IMG/VR virus record: IMGVR_UViG_3300048769_000079
Coordinates: 1 to 55,549 of that record
Length of the DNA: 55,549 nucleotides
Source of the DNA: a virus
Taxonomy: Duplodnaviria; Caudoviricetes
Reading direction: 5' to 3' (one strand)
Shown one piece after another: positions 9,020-19,729 of this stretch; position 1 is the stretch's first letter, and each line of letters opens with the position of its first letter. A program made the translations under genes and the position numbers. The notes under the pieces were generated by a model. The model saw nothing but the letters and a program-made list of their open reading frames with translations, was not told the origin of the DNA and did no database searches.

Positions 9020-9636
9020 AAAAAGAAACGGATTTTGGGAAAGAAATAGCCATTTACGATCCGGCAAAACCAATCGCAATTCAAAATGACGGTGATCGGG
9101 AAAGGACGTATGCTTTACTGGTAGAGGTAAAACAAAAGCGAAAAATAATCGTGGACTTTTTTAAAGATTCAAAAGAAAAAGCCCACGCGACATGGAAAGC
9201 AATTTGCGGAAATGAAAAAACCTTTACCGATAAACTTGACCTTTACGATAAGACAGCCCGCGCGGCGATTAAAGTTTTTGATGATAATAGAGAAGCGCTG
9301 CGCGTCGCCGAGGAGAATCGACTCAAGGCTATTGCGGAAAAGAACGCTGCGCGGGCTTCGGCAGCGCTCGAAAAACGCGCCGAAAAGACGCTTGACCCGG
9401 AAAAGAAAGCGGCCTTGTTAGATAGAGCGGCTAATATTGTCCCCGATTTTATTTCCCTTCCCAGCGCTGCGACCGGAGGTCGAAAGGTTTGGAAATGGCG
9501 CTTAATTAACAAAATGGAGGTGCCTTTGGAATACATGATACCTGATGTAAAGCTTTTGAATATCCTTGCCGGGCAGGGGCGCGTTGTACCGGGCATCGAG
9601 TTTTATCAAGATACTGCATTGGTGGTGCGAGCATGA
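9016..9636 (+). CDS. Phage coiled-coil protein (Gp157/Gam-like C-terminus)
   Basis: Long helical region then WKWRLI..EVPLEY..D...VPGIEFY. Confidence 0.55.
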   Translation: MKKETDFGKEIAIYDPAKPIAIQNDGDRERTYALLVEVKQKRKIIVDFFKDSKEKAHATWKAICGNEKTFTDKLDLYDKTARAAIKVFDDNREALRVAEENRLKAIAEKNAARASAALEKRAEKTLDPEKKAALLDRAANIVPDFISLPSAATGGRKVWKWRLINKMEVPLEYMIPDVKLLNILAGQGRVVPGIEFYQDTALVVRA

Positions 9637-9857
9637 GTGAGACACGGTTTTGTGCTGATTGTAAACACGCATTCATTGAAGATGAGAAAAGATTAAAAGA
9701 AAATCAGATTGAAATTGAAGAATATCATTTCTACTGTAAGCTTTTTTATACTCTAAGTATTATTACCGGAATAGCAAAGCAGAGTAAATGTTTTGAAGAA
9801 AGATTTCAATCCGGAAGGTGCGGAGAGGAGGGGTATTTTTATGAACCTAAAACCTGA
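9633..9857 (+). CDS. Cys-rich hypothetical protein
   Basis: FCADCKH...C...C..ER...CG..G.FYE pattern. Confidence 0.6.
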   Translation: MSETRFCADCKHAFIEDEKRLKENQIEIEEYHFYCKLFYTLSIITGIAKQSKCFEERFQSGRCGEEGYFYEPKT

Positions 9858-11334
9858 AATCCTTTCTCATCCTAATATTCCGTTACCGCTCCACGGACTT
9901 TCTCCGCGCGCTTTAAACGGGGATAAGTGGTGGAACGAAATCCGGCAAGCTGTATACCGTGAGTACGATTATCATTGCTTGGCCTGTGGTACACCGAAGG
10001 CTTTGGCTAAAGGGCATACGTGGCTCGAAGCCCACGAGTATTATGATATTGATTACAAAAAAGGAACAATGGTATGCAAAGAAATAGTTCCGCTCTGTCA
10101 TTACTGTCATAATTTCATTCATAGCGGACGTTTACTTGCGGTAATGGGAAAAGAAAAAAGCGTTGAAGAAGTCCGGGCGATTTTAGAACATGGCTTTGCG
10201 CTCTTAATACAAAGCGACCTAAAAGCCTTCCCCGGAACCGTTGCCCTTGCAAAACAAGTAGGTGCTAATACTTTTGGTGTCACGGCTTACGTAATCAAGG
10301 AATGCGTGAGCTGGGAAAAGTGGCGATTTATGTGGAATGGAAAAGAGTATTTTTCAAAATTCAAAAATGTTGAAGAACTTAACAAATTTTATGAAAGTGA
10401 GGGCAAAATGGACCGTCCGATTCCTAAGCTGCGGGAAATAAATCTCGCACTCAAAGAAAACAAAGTATATCCGCCTCCGATTAAATTGGATAGCGGTAAA
10501 AAAATCTACACTTTACCAACGCAAGCAATTGAACCCGTAGATGACCTCGGCGCGTACTCGTTTCTTATTTACGGACAAAAGAAAATCGGAAAATCAACAC
10601 TTGCATCCCTGTTCCCGGATGCGCTTTTTTTCATGTTCGAGGCCGGGGCAAAGGCCCTGCGGATAAAGCGCGTTGATATTAACCTTTGGGAAGATGCACT
10701 TGGGTATCTTTCCGCGCTGGAAAAAGCACCCGTAAAGCCAAAAACGATTATCATTGACACGGGTTTTGAATCTAATCAAAAAGCGATGAAATTCATTTGT
10801 CAAAAGGAAGGTATTGATTACCCGCGCACAGATAATTTCGGTAAAGATTGGGACGCAATCAAGCGTGAACTTCGTGACTTTCATGACCGCATCCTGGCGC
10901 TGGGAACAGGTCTCGTGGTCCTTTGTCACGAAACGGTAAAGGAGCAGCAAACAATCGTCGGACAGAAATACGATCAAGTCGTTCCTTTACTTAATAAGGC
11001 CCTGGACGATTTTTACCGCGCCGTCATTGATAACGTATGGTGGTATCATTACCGAGGGAAACAACGTTTTCTACAAATCAAAGGCACGGACCACGCAATG
11101 GCGGGAACGGCTTTACAGGCAGATCGCTTTTTCAAAACTAAAACCGGGCAACCTATTGCGGCAATTCCTATTCCCAGTGACCCGTCAAAGGGTATGGCGG
11201 CTATTGAGGCGGCATTTCATAATAGGCAGGAAAGAGCATATATTGACGAAACGGAACTTTTTTCTGAAACCGCCGTCACACGTTCGAAGAATGATAAAAT
11301 AGCGAAGGAGGCGCGTAAAAAGAACCGAAAGTAA
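9841..11334 (+). CDS. HNH-like domain fused to AAA_24/Sak4-like ATPase
   Basis: CLACG...LEAHE...LCHYCHNFIH, then YGQKKIGKST and IIIDT. Internal ATG 10408 has a GAGGG RBS. Confidence 0.8.
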   Translation: MNLKPEILSHPNIPLPLHGLSPRALNGDKWWNEIRQAVYREYDYHCLACGTPKALAKGHTWLEAHEYYDIDYKKGTMVCKEIVPLCHYCHNFIHSGRLLAVMGKEKSVEEVRAILEHGFALLIQSDLKAFPGTVALAKQVGANTFGVTAYVIKECVSWEKWRFMWNGKEYFSKFKNVEELNKFYESEGKMDRPIPKLREINLALKENKVYPPPIKLDSGKKIYTLPTQAIEPVDDLGAYSFLIYGQKKIGKSTLASLFPDALFFMFEAGAKALRIKRVDINLWEDALGYLSALEKAPVKPKTIIIDTGFESNQKAMKFICQKEGIDYPRTDNFGKDWDAIKRELRDFHDRILALGTGLVVLCHETVKEQQTIVGQKYDQVVPLLNKALDDFYRAVIDNVWWYHYRGKQRFLQIKGTDHAMAGTALQADRFFKTKTGQPIAAIPIPSDPSKGMAAIEAAFHNRQERAYIDETELFSETAVTRSKNDKIAKEARKKNRK

Positions 11335-11397
11335 ATGTAAAATAATAGGCTTTCTTTTATAGTTTTTAATCTACACTTTACAAAAGGAGTAACACTT

Positions 11398-12129
11398 ATG
11401 GGTATCTACGCAAATCGGTTAAAGCAAATGCAAAAGACAATGACCCAACAGATGGACGATTATACGCCGGGCGGCTTTTCGCTCTTGCCGGAGGGGGAGT
11501 ATACCTTCCGCGTTCAGGCAACGCTTGACGAAACGAAAAAAGAACCTCCACGGATTATGGTCGTTTGGAAATTTACCGTTGCCGAGGGCGATGCGGTGGG
11601 GAAAAGTGTTTTTGACCGAACAATTATTGAGGACAATAAAACTGGCGCGCAAATTTGTCGCGGGCGCTTGGAGGACCTCGGACATGAATGGCCGGAGGAA
11701 ATTGTCAAACTTGAAAGTCTTTTGGAGGCCGTAACCGCAAACCCGCCGCTCGTCGAGGGCCGCGTGACGCATGAGAGTTCCACGGGAAAAGATGGAACAA
11801 AATATACCAATGCACGGATTCGTATAACGAACGTACTTGACGGAATTCCTGGCGGTGACACGGTGACACCTTCCGAACCACAAGAAGCCGAAACGGATTC
11901 GAACCTTTCCGGCCTTCTCGCAATTTGCGGTTCTTACCAGCTTGACTACATCGACGATTCGATGGACAGCTCGGCAATCATTGCTGCGTTAAAGGAAAAC
12001 GGTGCGACTTTCAAAGCCGAAGACCTCCAGCCCGACGAACTTGCGGTCTTGGAAGCCGTTGACGCAACGCTCATCGAAAAGCCGAAGCCGGTTACTCCGA
12101 CGCGTAAAGTAGTTGGTAAAAAGAAATAA
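11398..12129 (+). CDS. DUF669-like putative ssDNA-binding protein
   Basis: FSLLPEGEY motif, acidic tail, position after Sak4-like ATPase. Confidence 0.65.
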   Translation: MGIYANRLKQMQKTMTQQMDDYTPGGFSLLPEGEYTFRVQATLDETKKEPPRIMVVWKFTVAEGDAVGKSVFDRTIIEDNKTGAQICRGRLEDLGHEWPEEIVKLESLLEAVTANPPLVEGRVTHESSTGKDGTKYTNARIRITNVLDGIPGGDTVTPSEPQEAETDSNLSGLLAICGSYQLDYIDDSMDSSAIIAALKENGATFKAEDLQPDELAVLEAVDATLIEKPKPVTPTRKVVGKKK

Positions 12130-12154
12130 CTTTAACAATTTAATTTAATTTATT

Positions 12155-13930
12155 ATGAAAAACCAACCGCGCCCCTTTCTTCCCAGCGACGTAATCAACG
12201 CGGATTACGAGACTATCTCTTTATATGCACGTGAAGGCCGTATCTTCGCTGCATCCTTTACTTGGTGCAGCGACGGGTACACCGAGGTCTGGCGTGAATC
12301 GGGCGCGGTTCGTTTTTATCAAGAAGAAAAAGAGGTTGCACGTACTACGGGCAACTTTCGAAGTCGTTTGGCGGACTTTTGGGCATCCCCTTGCCCAGCG
12401 GTCGCGCATAATTTGAAATTTGAATTGCATTTTACCGTATCAGGTTTATTTGTAATAAACCCGATAAAGCCTTTACATGATACAATGATAATGTCTCAGT
12501 ATATAGATAATCTTTGCCCTAACCATGGGCTTGATTACCTCTTTAATCGTTTTCACGGAAAGATAGATTGGATAGAGGAAGCGGATAAGGCTATTTCGAA
12601 ATGTAAAAAGATTTATGGTTCTTACGATAAGCATCCCGAAGAATTGATGTTTACTTATCAGCATGGCGACGGTTTACGTGGGGCATTGTTGTATAATTTA
12701 TTTTGGCCTTTAGTAGAGCCTAAATCTGAATATGAAAATGAAATTGAACTTATTAAAACTACCGTCGCAATGGAGCGGCGCGGGTTTATGTTGGATATAT
12801 TTCAGGCAAAAAAATTAATTGACTTCATGGAAACCGAATTAAAGGGTAACGAAGTAAAGACGCGGAAAATTGTAGGTCACTACATTAATTTACTAAGTGA
12901 GAAACAGTTAAAAAATTATCTATTTTGTGAACTCGGTTTCCCGGAAATGGACTCTACGGATAAAGAAGCAATTTTAACAATAAATCACCCTGTAGTGGAT
13001 TGTATACAAAAAGCGCGCACTTACTCTAAAGGCGTTGCAATTATAAAGGGGTATATCGATGCAAAAGATAATCAGGATATTGTTCACCCGGACATCCGAA
13101 CTAATAAAGCAGGCACTGGACGTGAAACATCTGAAAATCCAAACCTCCAAAACATTTCTAAAGAGGTTAGAGCAGGGGCGGTGTATACTGTGCCCGCACG
13201 GCGATGTTTTAAAGCCCGACCAGGTTACGTTTTATTGTTGGCTGATTACTCAGGGATTGAAATGCGTTTGGCCGTCCAGGGTACAGGTATCCCGCGTCTT
13301 TTTCGGCTATGCGATGAAGGCTATGATTTTCACGCTTCCTGCGCACGGTCCTTCTATGGTGATATTTACGAAAAAGAAATTGACGCAGCGCTAAAAAGCG
13401 CGTTACGGTCCCGCGCGAAAAACGCCCGGTTCGCGATGCTTTACGGTGCCGGCCTAAAGCAAACGGCTCGGACGCTTGGTCTAACGATAGACCAAGTTAG
13501 CGCGGGATACGAACGCGATAAGCGTGACTTCCCGGAGTTTTATATACTGATGGATAAATGTACGCACGACGCAAAGCACGACGGATATGTTACAAATTTT
13601 TTCGGACGAAAACTTCGCGTGCCGCTGGACAGGCCTTACGCGGCAACGGATTATTTGATTCAGGGGAGTGCGGCAGCACTTTTTAAGCACGCTCAGGTTA
13701 AAGTTTCGCGTTTCTTTAAAACGCAAAATATCGACGCTCATATTATACTACCCGTTCACGATGAACTGGTAATGGAAGTTCGGCGCGGTTTAGCGTTACC
13801 TCCGTTGTGTAAAGAAATCTCTCGGCTCATGGTTGATTGCGAACAGATTAAAGTGAAAATGAACGTTGACTTTTCAATAGCGACGTATACTTGGGATAAG
13901 AAGAAGGAATTTAAAATAACATCATGCTAA
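12155..13930 (+). CDS. polA: Family A DNA polymerase with 3'-5' exonuclease
   Basis: DYET, AHNLKFE, HDTM, TGR.TS.NPNLQN, ADYSGIEMR, R..AK...F..LYG, PVHDE. Confidence 0.95.
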   Translation: MKNQPRPFLPSDVINADYETISLYAREGRIFAASFTWCSDGYTEVWRESGAVRFYQEEKEVARTTGNFRSRLADFWASPCPAVAHNLKFELHFTVSGLFVINPIKPLHDTMIMSQYIDNLCPNHGLDYLFNRFHGKIDWIEEADKAISKCKKIYGSYDKHPEELMFTYQHGDGLRGALLYNLFWPLVEPKSEYENEIELIKTTVAMERRGFMLDIFQAKKLIDFMETELKGNEVKTRKIVGHYINLLSEKQLKNYLFCELGFPEMDSTDKEAILTINHPVVDCIQKARTYSKGVAIIKGYIDAKDNQDIVHPDIRTNKAGTGRETSENPNLQNISKEVRAGAVYTVPARRCFKARPGYVLLLADYSGIEMRLAVQGTGIPRLFRLCDEGYDFHASCARSFYGDIYEKEIDAALKSALRSRAKNARFAMLYGAGLKQTARTLGLTIDQVSAGYERDKRDFPEFYILMDKCTHDAKHDGYVTNFFGRKLRVPLDRPYAATDYLIQGSAAALFKHAQVKVSRFFKTQNIDAHIILPVHDELVMEVRRGLALPPLCKEISRLMVDCEQIKVKMNVDFSIATYTWDKKKEFKITSC

Positions 13931-15879
13931 AACCACCAGACCCAACGCTTGTATTTAAGCAATTTGGATTTAAAGAGCAGAGCGAAGACGTAAAAAACTA
14001 TAACGGAGAATGTCCCTTTTGTCACGCGGCGGGACACTTCGGCATAGCAAAGGACGATACTAATAAAAAGTGGAATTGTTTTAAGTGCGGAAAGCAGGGC
14101 GGGTTTCAAGGATTTTTACGGGAAGTCGTTTCCTTTTCTAAAGGAAATGGCTTAAAAGAACTTAGTAAACGGCGCGGACTTTCGGTTGATCTTTTAGAGT
14201 CTTTACAAATCGGTAGTATTAATGATAGATGGGTGATTCCAATTTTTAGTCATGACGGTTCAACAATCCTAAATATAAAAATCTACGACGGTGATAGCTT
14301 TAAAAATACCGCCGGATGCTCTTCTTCAATTTACGGGCTTTGGACGTTGCCCGAAAAATACAATACCGTTTACTTCTGTGAGGGTGAATGGGATACGATG
14401 GCAATGATGGAAATGGTAACCGCAACGGATATTGCGGTACTCGGCGTCCCGGGCGCGGGCGCTACGCTTAAAAACGATATTATTGATTTATTTGTTGGAA
14501 AGTCTGTTTATCTTTTTTATGATAATGACCCTGCCGGGAGAGCGGGAACGGCAAAAACGATTTCCGCTCTTACCCCCGTGGCAGCGGAAATAAAATATCT
14601 CGCTTGGCCCGAAGACACCGCGCCGGGTTATGACGTTCGGGACATATTTACAAAAAAAGAAAACCCTTTAGAGTGGTTGGAAAAACATCTAAAGGCAACC
14701 GAAGTTCTCAACGCCGGGGAGACTGATATTACCGGAGGTTACGTACCGTATACAGACGTGTATGATGCGTTTGGAAAGTGGTTTCATCTCTCGGACAATA
14801 GAAAATATGATCAAAAGGCTACGGATATTTATGATGTTTGCTTTGGCGCAGTATTCGCAAATCGAATCCCCGGTGATCCTGTTTGGCTTTACGTCTGTGC
14901 ACCTCCGGGCGGGTTTAAAACCGTCCCGCTTTTAGCAATGACCGGAGGGAAGCATATTGAAATCCACGAGTCCGTGACCGCTCCGGCGCTTATATCCGGG
15001 CAAAATCAAGGCGCGGTTGACCCTTCTCTCATCCCTAAGCTAAATGGGAAAGTATTGATTGTAAAGGATTGGACTATTATTTTAGGATTACCGGAGCACG
15101 AGCGGAAGGAAATCGAAAGCATATTACGCGGCGCGTTTGACGGAGTTTGCGGCCGAACGTTCGGGAACGGAATTCGACGGGATATAAAATCAACGTTCGG
15201 AATTATTGCGGCCACCACTCCAGTGATTGAACAGTATTTCGAAGAGACCTCGGCCACTGGGGAAAGGTTCTTGACTTGGCGAAATTGGATTTCTAAGGAC
15301 TTTACCGTTCGGCACGAACATATTAAAAAGGCGATTGAAAATATCTCCCAGGAAATCAAAATCAATAAAGAAATTAATGGTATAGCAAAGCGCGTTCTTC
15401 TTTATAAACACGAGAACTTACCTACTTATACAAAGGAGCAGATGGAGCGCTTTATACATATCGGGCAATTTATCGCGGCGATGCGCGGCGCGGTTACTCG
15501 TGACCGCTACCGGAAAAACGTTTTATATACGCCTTTTTCCGAAGTAGCAACGCGGTTGACTAAGCAACTTGTAAAGCTGGCAATGGGAATTTCTATTTTT
15601 AAAAATCAAGAGCGCGTTGCAAATGACACGTTTCGAATATTAAAAACGGTTGCGTGGTCAAGCGTTTCGTCTCGGTACGCGGAGGCGTTAAAGGCTTTTA
15701 TGCGTAAAGATATAATGACTCCGGTTGACGTCGAGAAGCAAATAAACCTACCGGTGGAAACCGTTGCAATTGTGATGGAAAATATGTCAATGTTGGGAAT
15801 AATAGAACGAATTGAAAAATTAAAATGGCACGTAAAGCCACGGTTTAAAACGTTGGTCGAACAAGCAGATTTAATATAA
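13924..15879 (+). CDS. Primase (Zn finger + TOPRIM) fused to P-loop helicase
   Basis: CPFC..H...CFKCG; CEGEWD; YDND.AG; APPGGFKT. Confidence 0.85.
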   Translation: MLKPPDPTLVFKQFGFKEQSEDVKNYNGECPFCHAAGHFGIAKDDTNKKWNCFKCGKQGGFQGFLREVVSFSKGNGLKELSKRRGLSVDLLESLQIGSINDRWVIPIFSHDGSTILNIKIYDGDSFKNTAGCSSSIYGLWTLPEKYNTVYFCEGEWDTMAMMEMVTATDIAVLGVPGAGATLKNDIIDLFVGKSVYLFYDNDPAGRAGTAKTISALTPVAAEIKYLAWPEDTAPGYDVRDIFTKKENPLEWLEKHLKATEVLNAGETDITGGYVPYTDVYDAFGKWFHLSDNRKYDQKATDIYDVCFGAVFANRIPGDPVWLYVCAPPGGFKTVPLLAMTGGKHIEIHESVTAPALISGQNQGAVDPSLIPKLNGKVLIVKDWTIILGLPEHERKEIESILRGAFDGVCGRTFGNGIRRDIKSTFGIIAATTPVIEQYFEETSATGERFLTWRNWISKDFTVRHEHIKKAIENISQEIKINKEINGIAKRVLLYKHENLPTYTKEQMERFIHIGQFIAAMRGAVTRDRYRKNVLYTPFSEVATRLTKQLVKLAMGISIFKNQERVANDTFRILKTVAWSSVSSRYAEALKAFMRKDIMTPVDVEKQINLPVETVAIVMENMSMLGIIERIEKLKWHVKPRFKTLVEQADLI

Positions 15880-15911
15880 AATATTTAACCTAAAAGAAAG
15901 AGGGCAGTACC

Positions 15912-17447
15912 ATGGCGACGAAATTTGTAAAAGGTAAAGCAGTCAAAGCCGCGCCGTTAACGCGGGCGGTTAAGAAGGCGAAGCCGGTTTTAACCGACTA
16001 CGCAGTCAAGGTTGACAAGGAAATCGTAACGGTAGATATCAATAAGGTCAAGCTCTGGAAAGACAATCCGCGCCGTAACGACGCAGCCGCGCCTAAACTT
16101 GCCGAGGTTATCAAGGAGCGCGGGCAGGTCACGCCAGTAGTCGTGTGGCGTAAAGACGGCGTGTGCTATAAAGGCAATACCACGATCAAGGCCCTGAAGC
16201 TTTTGGGTGAAAAAACAGTGGATGTTCTTTTCGCGGATTTTAAAAGCGAAGCCTCGGCGATTGCTTACGGTATCGCGGATAATAAATCATCTGAATTTTC
16301 GGAATGGGACGACACCTTGCTTTTGTCGTTTTTAAAAATGGACGACGTAAAGACGACGGGATTTACTTCTTCGGAAATCGGTTTTTTTGATACCGTCGAA
16401 ATGACCGTCGAAAAAATACCTGCAATTGAAACGGTAATCGCGGTGTTTAAACTTTTCGGAAAAACGTCTTTGGATATTTTAAACTTTGTTAAAGTTCAAA
16501 ACGGCATACTTCACGCAACGAATCTTGATTTTCATGTTACGATTCCGGTTGACGCGCCGGATGGTATTTACGATTTGCGACTGTTCGAGCACGTTCGGAA
16601 GTGGGAATTCTGCAAGCGGGATGTACCCGTATCCGACTATTATCCTAACGTACCTACCGTCGGGTTTATTAAATCTGAAATCGATCTTTCCGGCTTAGAA
16701 AAGTTTATCCCCTTTACGTCAATTGATATACGCCGGGCAATCCTACATAATGTTTGTTTTTCAGACGGTATTGTTTTTGGTACCGATGGACACGTCGGAC
16801 TTTCCGAACCACGAAAAGCGCCGTCCGATTTTTCCATCTCCAGCGAAACAGCGAAAATACTTTCTTTATTTGATTTAGGTACTGCGTATCTAAACGCCGA
16901 ATGGATTAAAGCCGACGCACCGGACGGCGTAACGGTTTATATTAAAATCTGTAAAGATCAAGCACCGGATTATAAAAAAGCGATTAACAAAATTGATGTA
17001 TTCTATCCAGTTAACCGTATTGCGCTTTTAGAACAGGTCAAGAAATTAATTCCATTTGCAAAGACACAAATCGAATTTATTTCAGACCGAATACAAAATG
17101 GCGTTGTCGCTTCGGCGTTTGAAAATCCAATCACCTTTTCAGGGGATATTGATAATTTCGTAAAAGTTCTTTCCGCTTTCCCCAGCGAAACCGTTGAAAT
17201 CGGTATTAGTTTAAGCGGTACTCAAGTCCAAATAAAGAATGAAAACTTAACCGCGATTTTCATGGTTTTACGAAAAGCCGCGGACGTTAAATTTGACGCG
17301 CCGATAGTCTTTCCAATCGGAAAGCCGGAAGAACCTGAAATAATGGAAAGTTTTTCCGCTCGCGGATTCGGGTATACGATCAATGGAAAATGTTTACGAA
17401 CGATAAAGGCCGACTTTTTAAATAAGGTAGGTTTTAAAAATGCTTAA
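15912..17447 (+). CDS. ParB-N domain fused to beta-clamp-like domain
   Basis: NPRRN...ERGQVTPVVV...GNT...IADNK; C-terminal ATNLDF and RAILHNV...GTDGH resemble DnaN. Confidence 0.65.
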   Translation: MATKFVKGKAVKAAPLTRAVKKAKPVLTDYAVKVDKEIVTVDINKVKLWKDNPRRNDAAAPKLAEVIKERGQVTPVVVWRKDGVCYKGNTTIKALKLLGEKTVDVLFADFKSEASAIAYGIADNKSSEFSEWDDTLLLSFLKMDDVKTTGFTSSEIGFFDTVEMTVEKIPAIETVIAVFKLFGKTSLDILNFVKVQNGILHATNLDFHVTIPVDAPDGIYDLRLFEHVRKWEFCKRDVPVSDYYPNVPTVGFIKSEIDLSGLEKFIPFTSIDIRRAILHNVCFSDGIVFGTDGHVGLSEPRKAPSDFSISSETAKILSLFDLGTAYLNAEWIKADAPDGVTVYIKICKDQAPDYKKAINKIDVFYPVNRIALLEQVKKLIPFAKTQIEFISDRIQNGVVASAFENPITFSGDIDNFVKVLSAFPSETVEIGISLSGTQVQIKNENLTAIFMVLRKAADVKFDAPIVFPIGKPEEPEIMESFSARGFGYTINGKCLRTIKADFLNKVGFKNA

Positions 17448-19629
17448 AGATTATGATGCATTTCTTGAAAGCAAAATTGTTTTAAACACGGAGTGCGGTT
17501 TTGAACCGCATTCCGTTAGTAAATACCTTTTCCCTTTTCAAAAGCACATTCTTTTACGTGCTTTAAAAGTCGGAAGGTTTGCCGTTTTTGCTGATTGCGG
17601 GTTGGGTAAAACAATCATTCAACTTGAATGGGCACGTCTCGTTTCTGAAAAAGAAAAACGCCCTGTTTTAATTCTTGCACCTTTGGCGGTTGCTGGGCAA
17701 ACCATAGCTGAAGGTGAAAAGTTTAAAATACCTGTTAGTCGTTTAGACGGTTTGCAAAATATAATTATTTCAAACTATGAACAGATTGACAATATAGATA
17801 TTAAAAAATATTGTGGTATTGTTCTCGATGAATCATCGATTTTGAAAAATTATACCGGTGTGTATCGGCAAAAACTTACAGATTATTTTAAAGATACAAA
17901 ATATAAGCTTTGTTGTACGGCAACACCGTCACCAAACGATCCTGGTGAAATAGGGCAACATTCGGAATTTTTAAATATTTTAAATTCAACCGACATGCGT
18001 TCAAAATGGTTTGTACGTGATGAGGGTATGAATAACTATCGGTTAAAAGGTCATGCCGTAGAATCATTTTATCAATGGGTATCGTCATGGGCGGTTATGA
18101 TAAGTAAACCGTCCGATATTGGTTTTAAAGATGACGGTTTTATTTTACCGAAATTGTCAATTAAAGAAATTAAAGTTCCAAGTACTGGAAAAGAAGGTCT
18201 TATTTTCAACGATGCAATGATTTCAGCTACGGAATTTCAACAGGAGATTCGTAATACAATGGTCAATCGTTTGAATAAAGCCATTGAACTCGTTAACGCT
18301 TCAAAAAGTCAAGTCATTGTATGGATTAAACAAAACGTAGAAGCTGATTATTTAAAAGCACGTCTTTCCGACTTTGCTGAAGTTCGAGGCGATGAAAGCA
18401 TTGAATCGAAGGAAGAAAAATTACTCGGTTTTGCAAAGGGAAAATATAGAATTCTAATTACAAAAACTAAAATTGCGCAATTTGGTTTAAATTTTCAAAA
18501 TTGCCCACTTCAGATTTTTGCGGCATTTGATTTTTCTTTTGAATCGTTCTATCAGGCGGTTCGCCGGTCATGGCGATTTGGTCAAAAAAGTGAAGTTAAC
18601 GTAATGATGATAACGACGGATTCGATGAATAATGTTTTACAAACAGTAAAAAGAAAACAGGAGTCGTTTTTAACTATGCAAGCAAAAATGAACAAAATAA
18701 CGAATGAATTTCGGTATGGCTTGAAGAATGAGTACGTTCGTCGAGAAGTGAAGACGAACAGTTCTCTTTTAATAAATGGGGATTGTGTGAAGGAAATTAA
18801 AATTGTAGAAAATGATTCGGTTGACCTGATAATTTACTCACCTCCGTTTTCTTCGCTCTTTACATACAGTAATTACATACATGACATGGGGAATAACGAT
18901 TCTCACGAACGGTTTTTTGAGCAATACGCTTTCTTACTCAAAGAGCTGTATCGGGTATTAAAGCCAGGACGTTTAATTTGTACACATACGAAAGACCTTG
19001 CCGTATATAAAAATAGTAGCGGATACTCAGGTCTTTATAATTTCACCGGCAAGCATCACGCTGCGATGGAAAAAGCAGGTTTTAAATATCATTCAAAAAT
19101 TTGCATTTGGACTGATCCGGTTTTAGAAATGCAACGAACAAAAACACAAAGACTTCTTTACAAACAAGTAACGAGCGATTCATCGTATTCGGGTATAGGC
19201 ATGCCTGAATATGTTACTATTTTTCGTAAATGGGAAGGTAACGAGGAAGATTGGAAACCCATCGTAAATATTGATAAAAAGAAATTTTCTCTTGATACTT
19301 GGCAAAAATGGGCGTCTCCTGTTTGGATGGATATACGACGTACTGATGTTTTAAATAATTCGCGAACTGGTAGAAGTGCAAACGATGAAAAACACATTGC
19401 ACCTTTACAACTCGAAGTTATACGCCGTTTGGTACATCTATTCAGCAATACCGGTGAAACGGTATTAACGCCATTCCTTGGAATTGGTTCTGAAATTTAC
19501 ATTGCGGTAAAAGAAAAACGTAAAGGAATTGGTATTGAATTAAAGCCGGAATATTTTGACGTATCTGTAAAGAATGTAAATGTCGCAGAGCAGACGCAAA
19601 GGCAACTTAGTTTCATTGATGATTTATAA
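17440..19629 (+). CDS. SNF2-like helicase fused to N4/N6 DNA methyltransferase
   Basis: DCGLGKT, LDESS, TATP; then SPPF, HIAPLQ, TPFLGIGS, GIELK. Confidence 0.9.
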   Translation: MLKDYDAFLESKIVLNTECGFEPHSVSKYLFPFQKHILLRALKVGRFAVFADCGLGKTIIQLEWARLVSEKEKRPVLILAPLAVAGQTIAEGEKFKIPVSRLDGLQNIIISNYEQIDNIDIKKYCGIVLDESSILKNYTGVYRQKLTDYFKDTKYKLCCTATPSPNDPGEIGQHSEFLNILNSTDMRSKWFVRDEGMNNYRLKGHAVESFYQWVSSWAVMISKPSDIGFKDDGFILPKLSIKEIKVPSTGKEGLIFNDAMISATEFQQEIRNTMVNRLNKAIELVNASKSQVIVWIKQNVEADYLKARLSDFAEVRGDESIESKEEKLLGFAKGKYRILITKTKIAQFGLNFQNCPLQIFAAFDFSFESFYQAVRRSWRFGQKSEVNVMMITTDSMNNVLQTVKRKQESFLTMQAKMNKITNEFRYGLKNEYVRREVKTNSSLLINGDCVKEIKIVENDSVDLIIYSPPFSSLFTYSNYIHDMGNNDSHERFFEQYAFLLKELYRVLKPGRLICTHTKDLAVYKNSSGYSGLYNFTGKHHAAMEKAGFKYHSKICIWTDPVLEMQRTKTQRLLYKQVTSDSSYSGIGMPEYVTIFRKWEGNEEDWKPIVNIDKKKFSLDTWQKWASPVWMDIRRTDVLNNSRTGRSANDEKHIAPLQLEVIRRLVHLFSNTGETVLTPFLGIGSEIYIAVKEKRKGIGIELKPEYFDVSVKNVNVAEQTQRQLSFIDDL

Positions 19630-19658
19630 AAATATTTTTAAAATATAATAAATATTTG

Positions 19659-19687
19659 TTGATTTTATTATAATTAATTATTATATT
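19659..19687 (+). promoter_or_regulatory. sigma70-like promoter
   Basis: TTGATT-N17-TATATT, same format as the 4169 promoter. Confidence 0.6.
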
Positions 19688-19729
19688 TAATTAGTATAAA
19701 TTATTGTAAAATTTTTATAGGAGCATATC

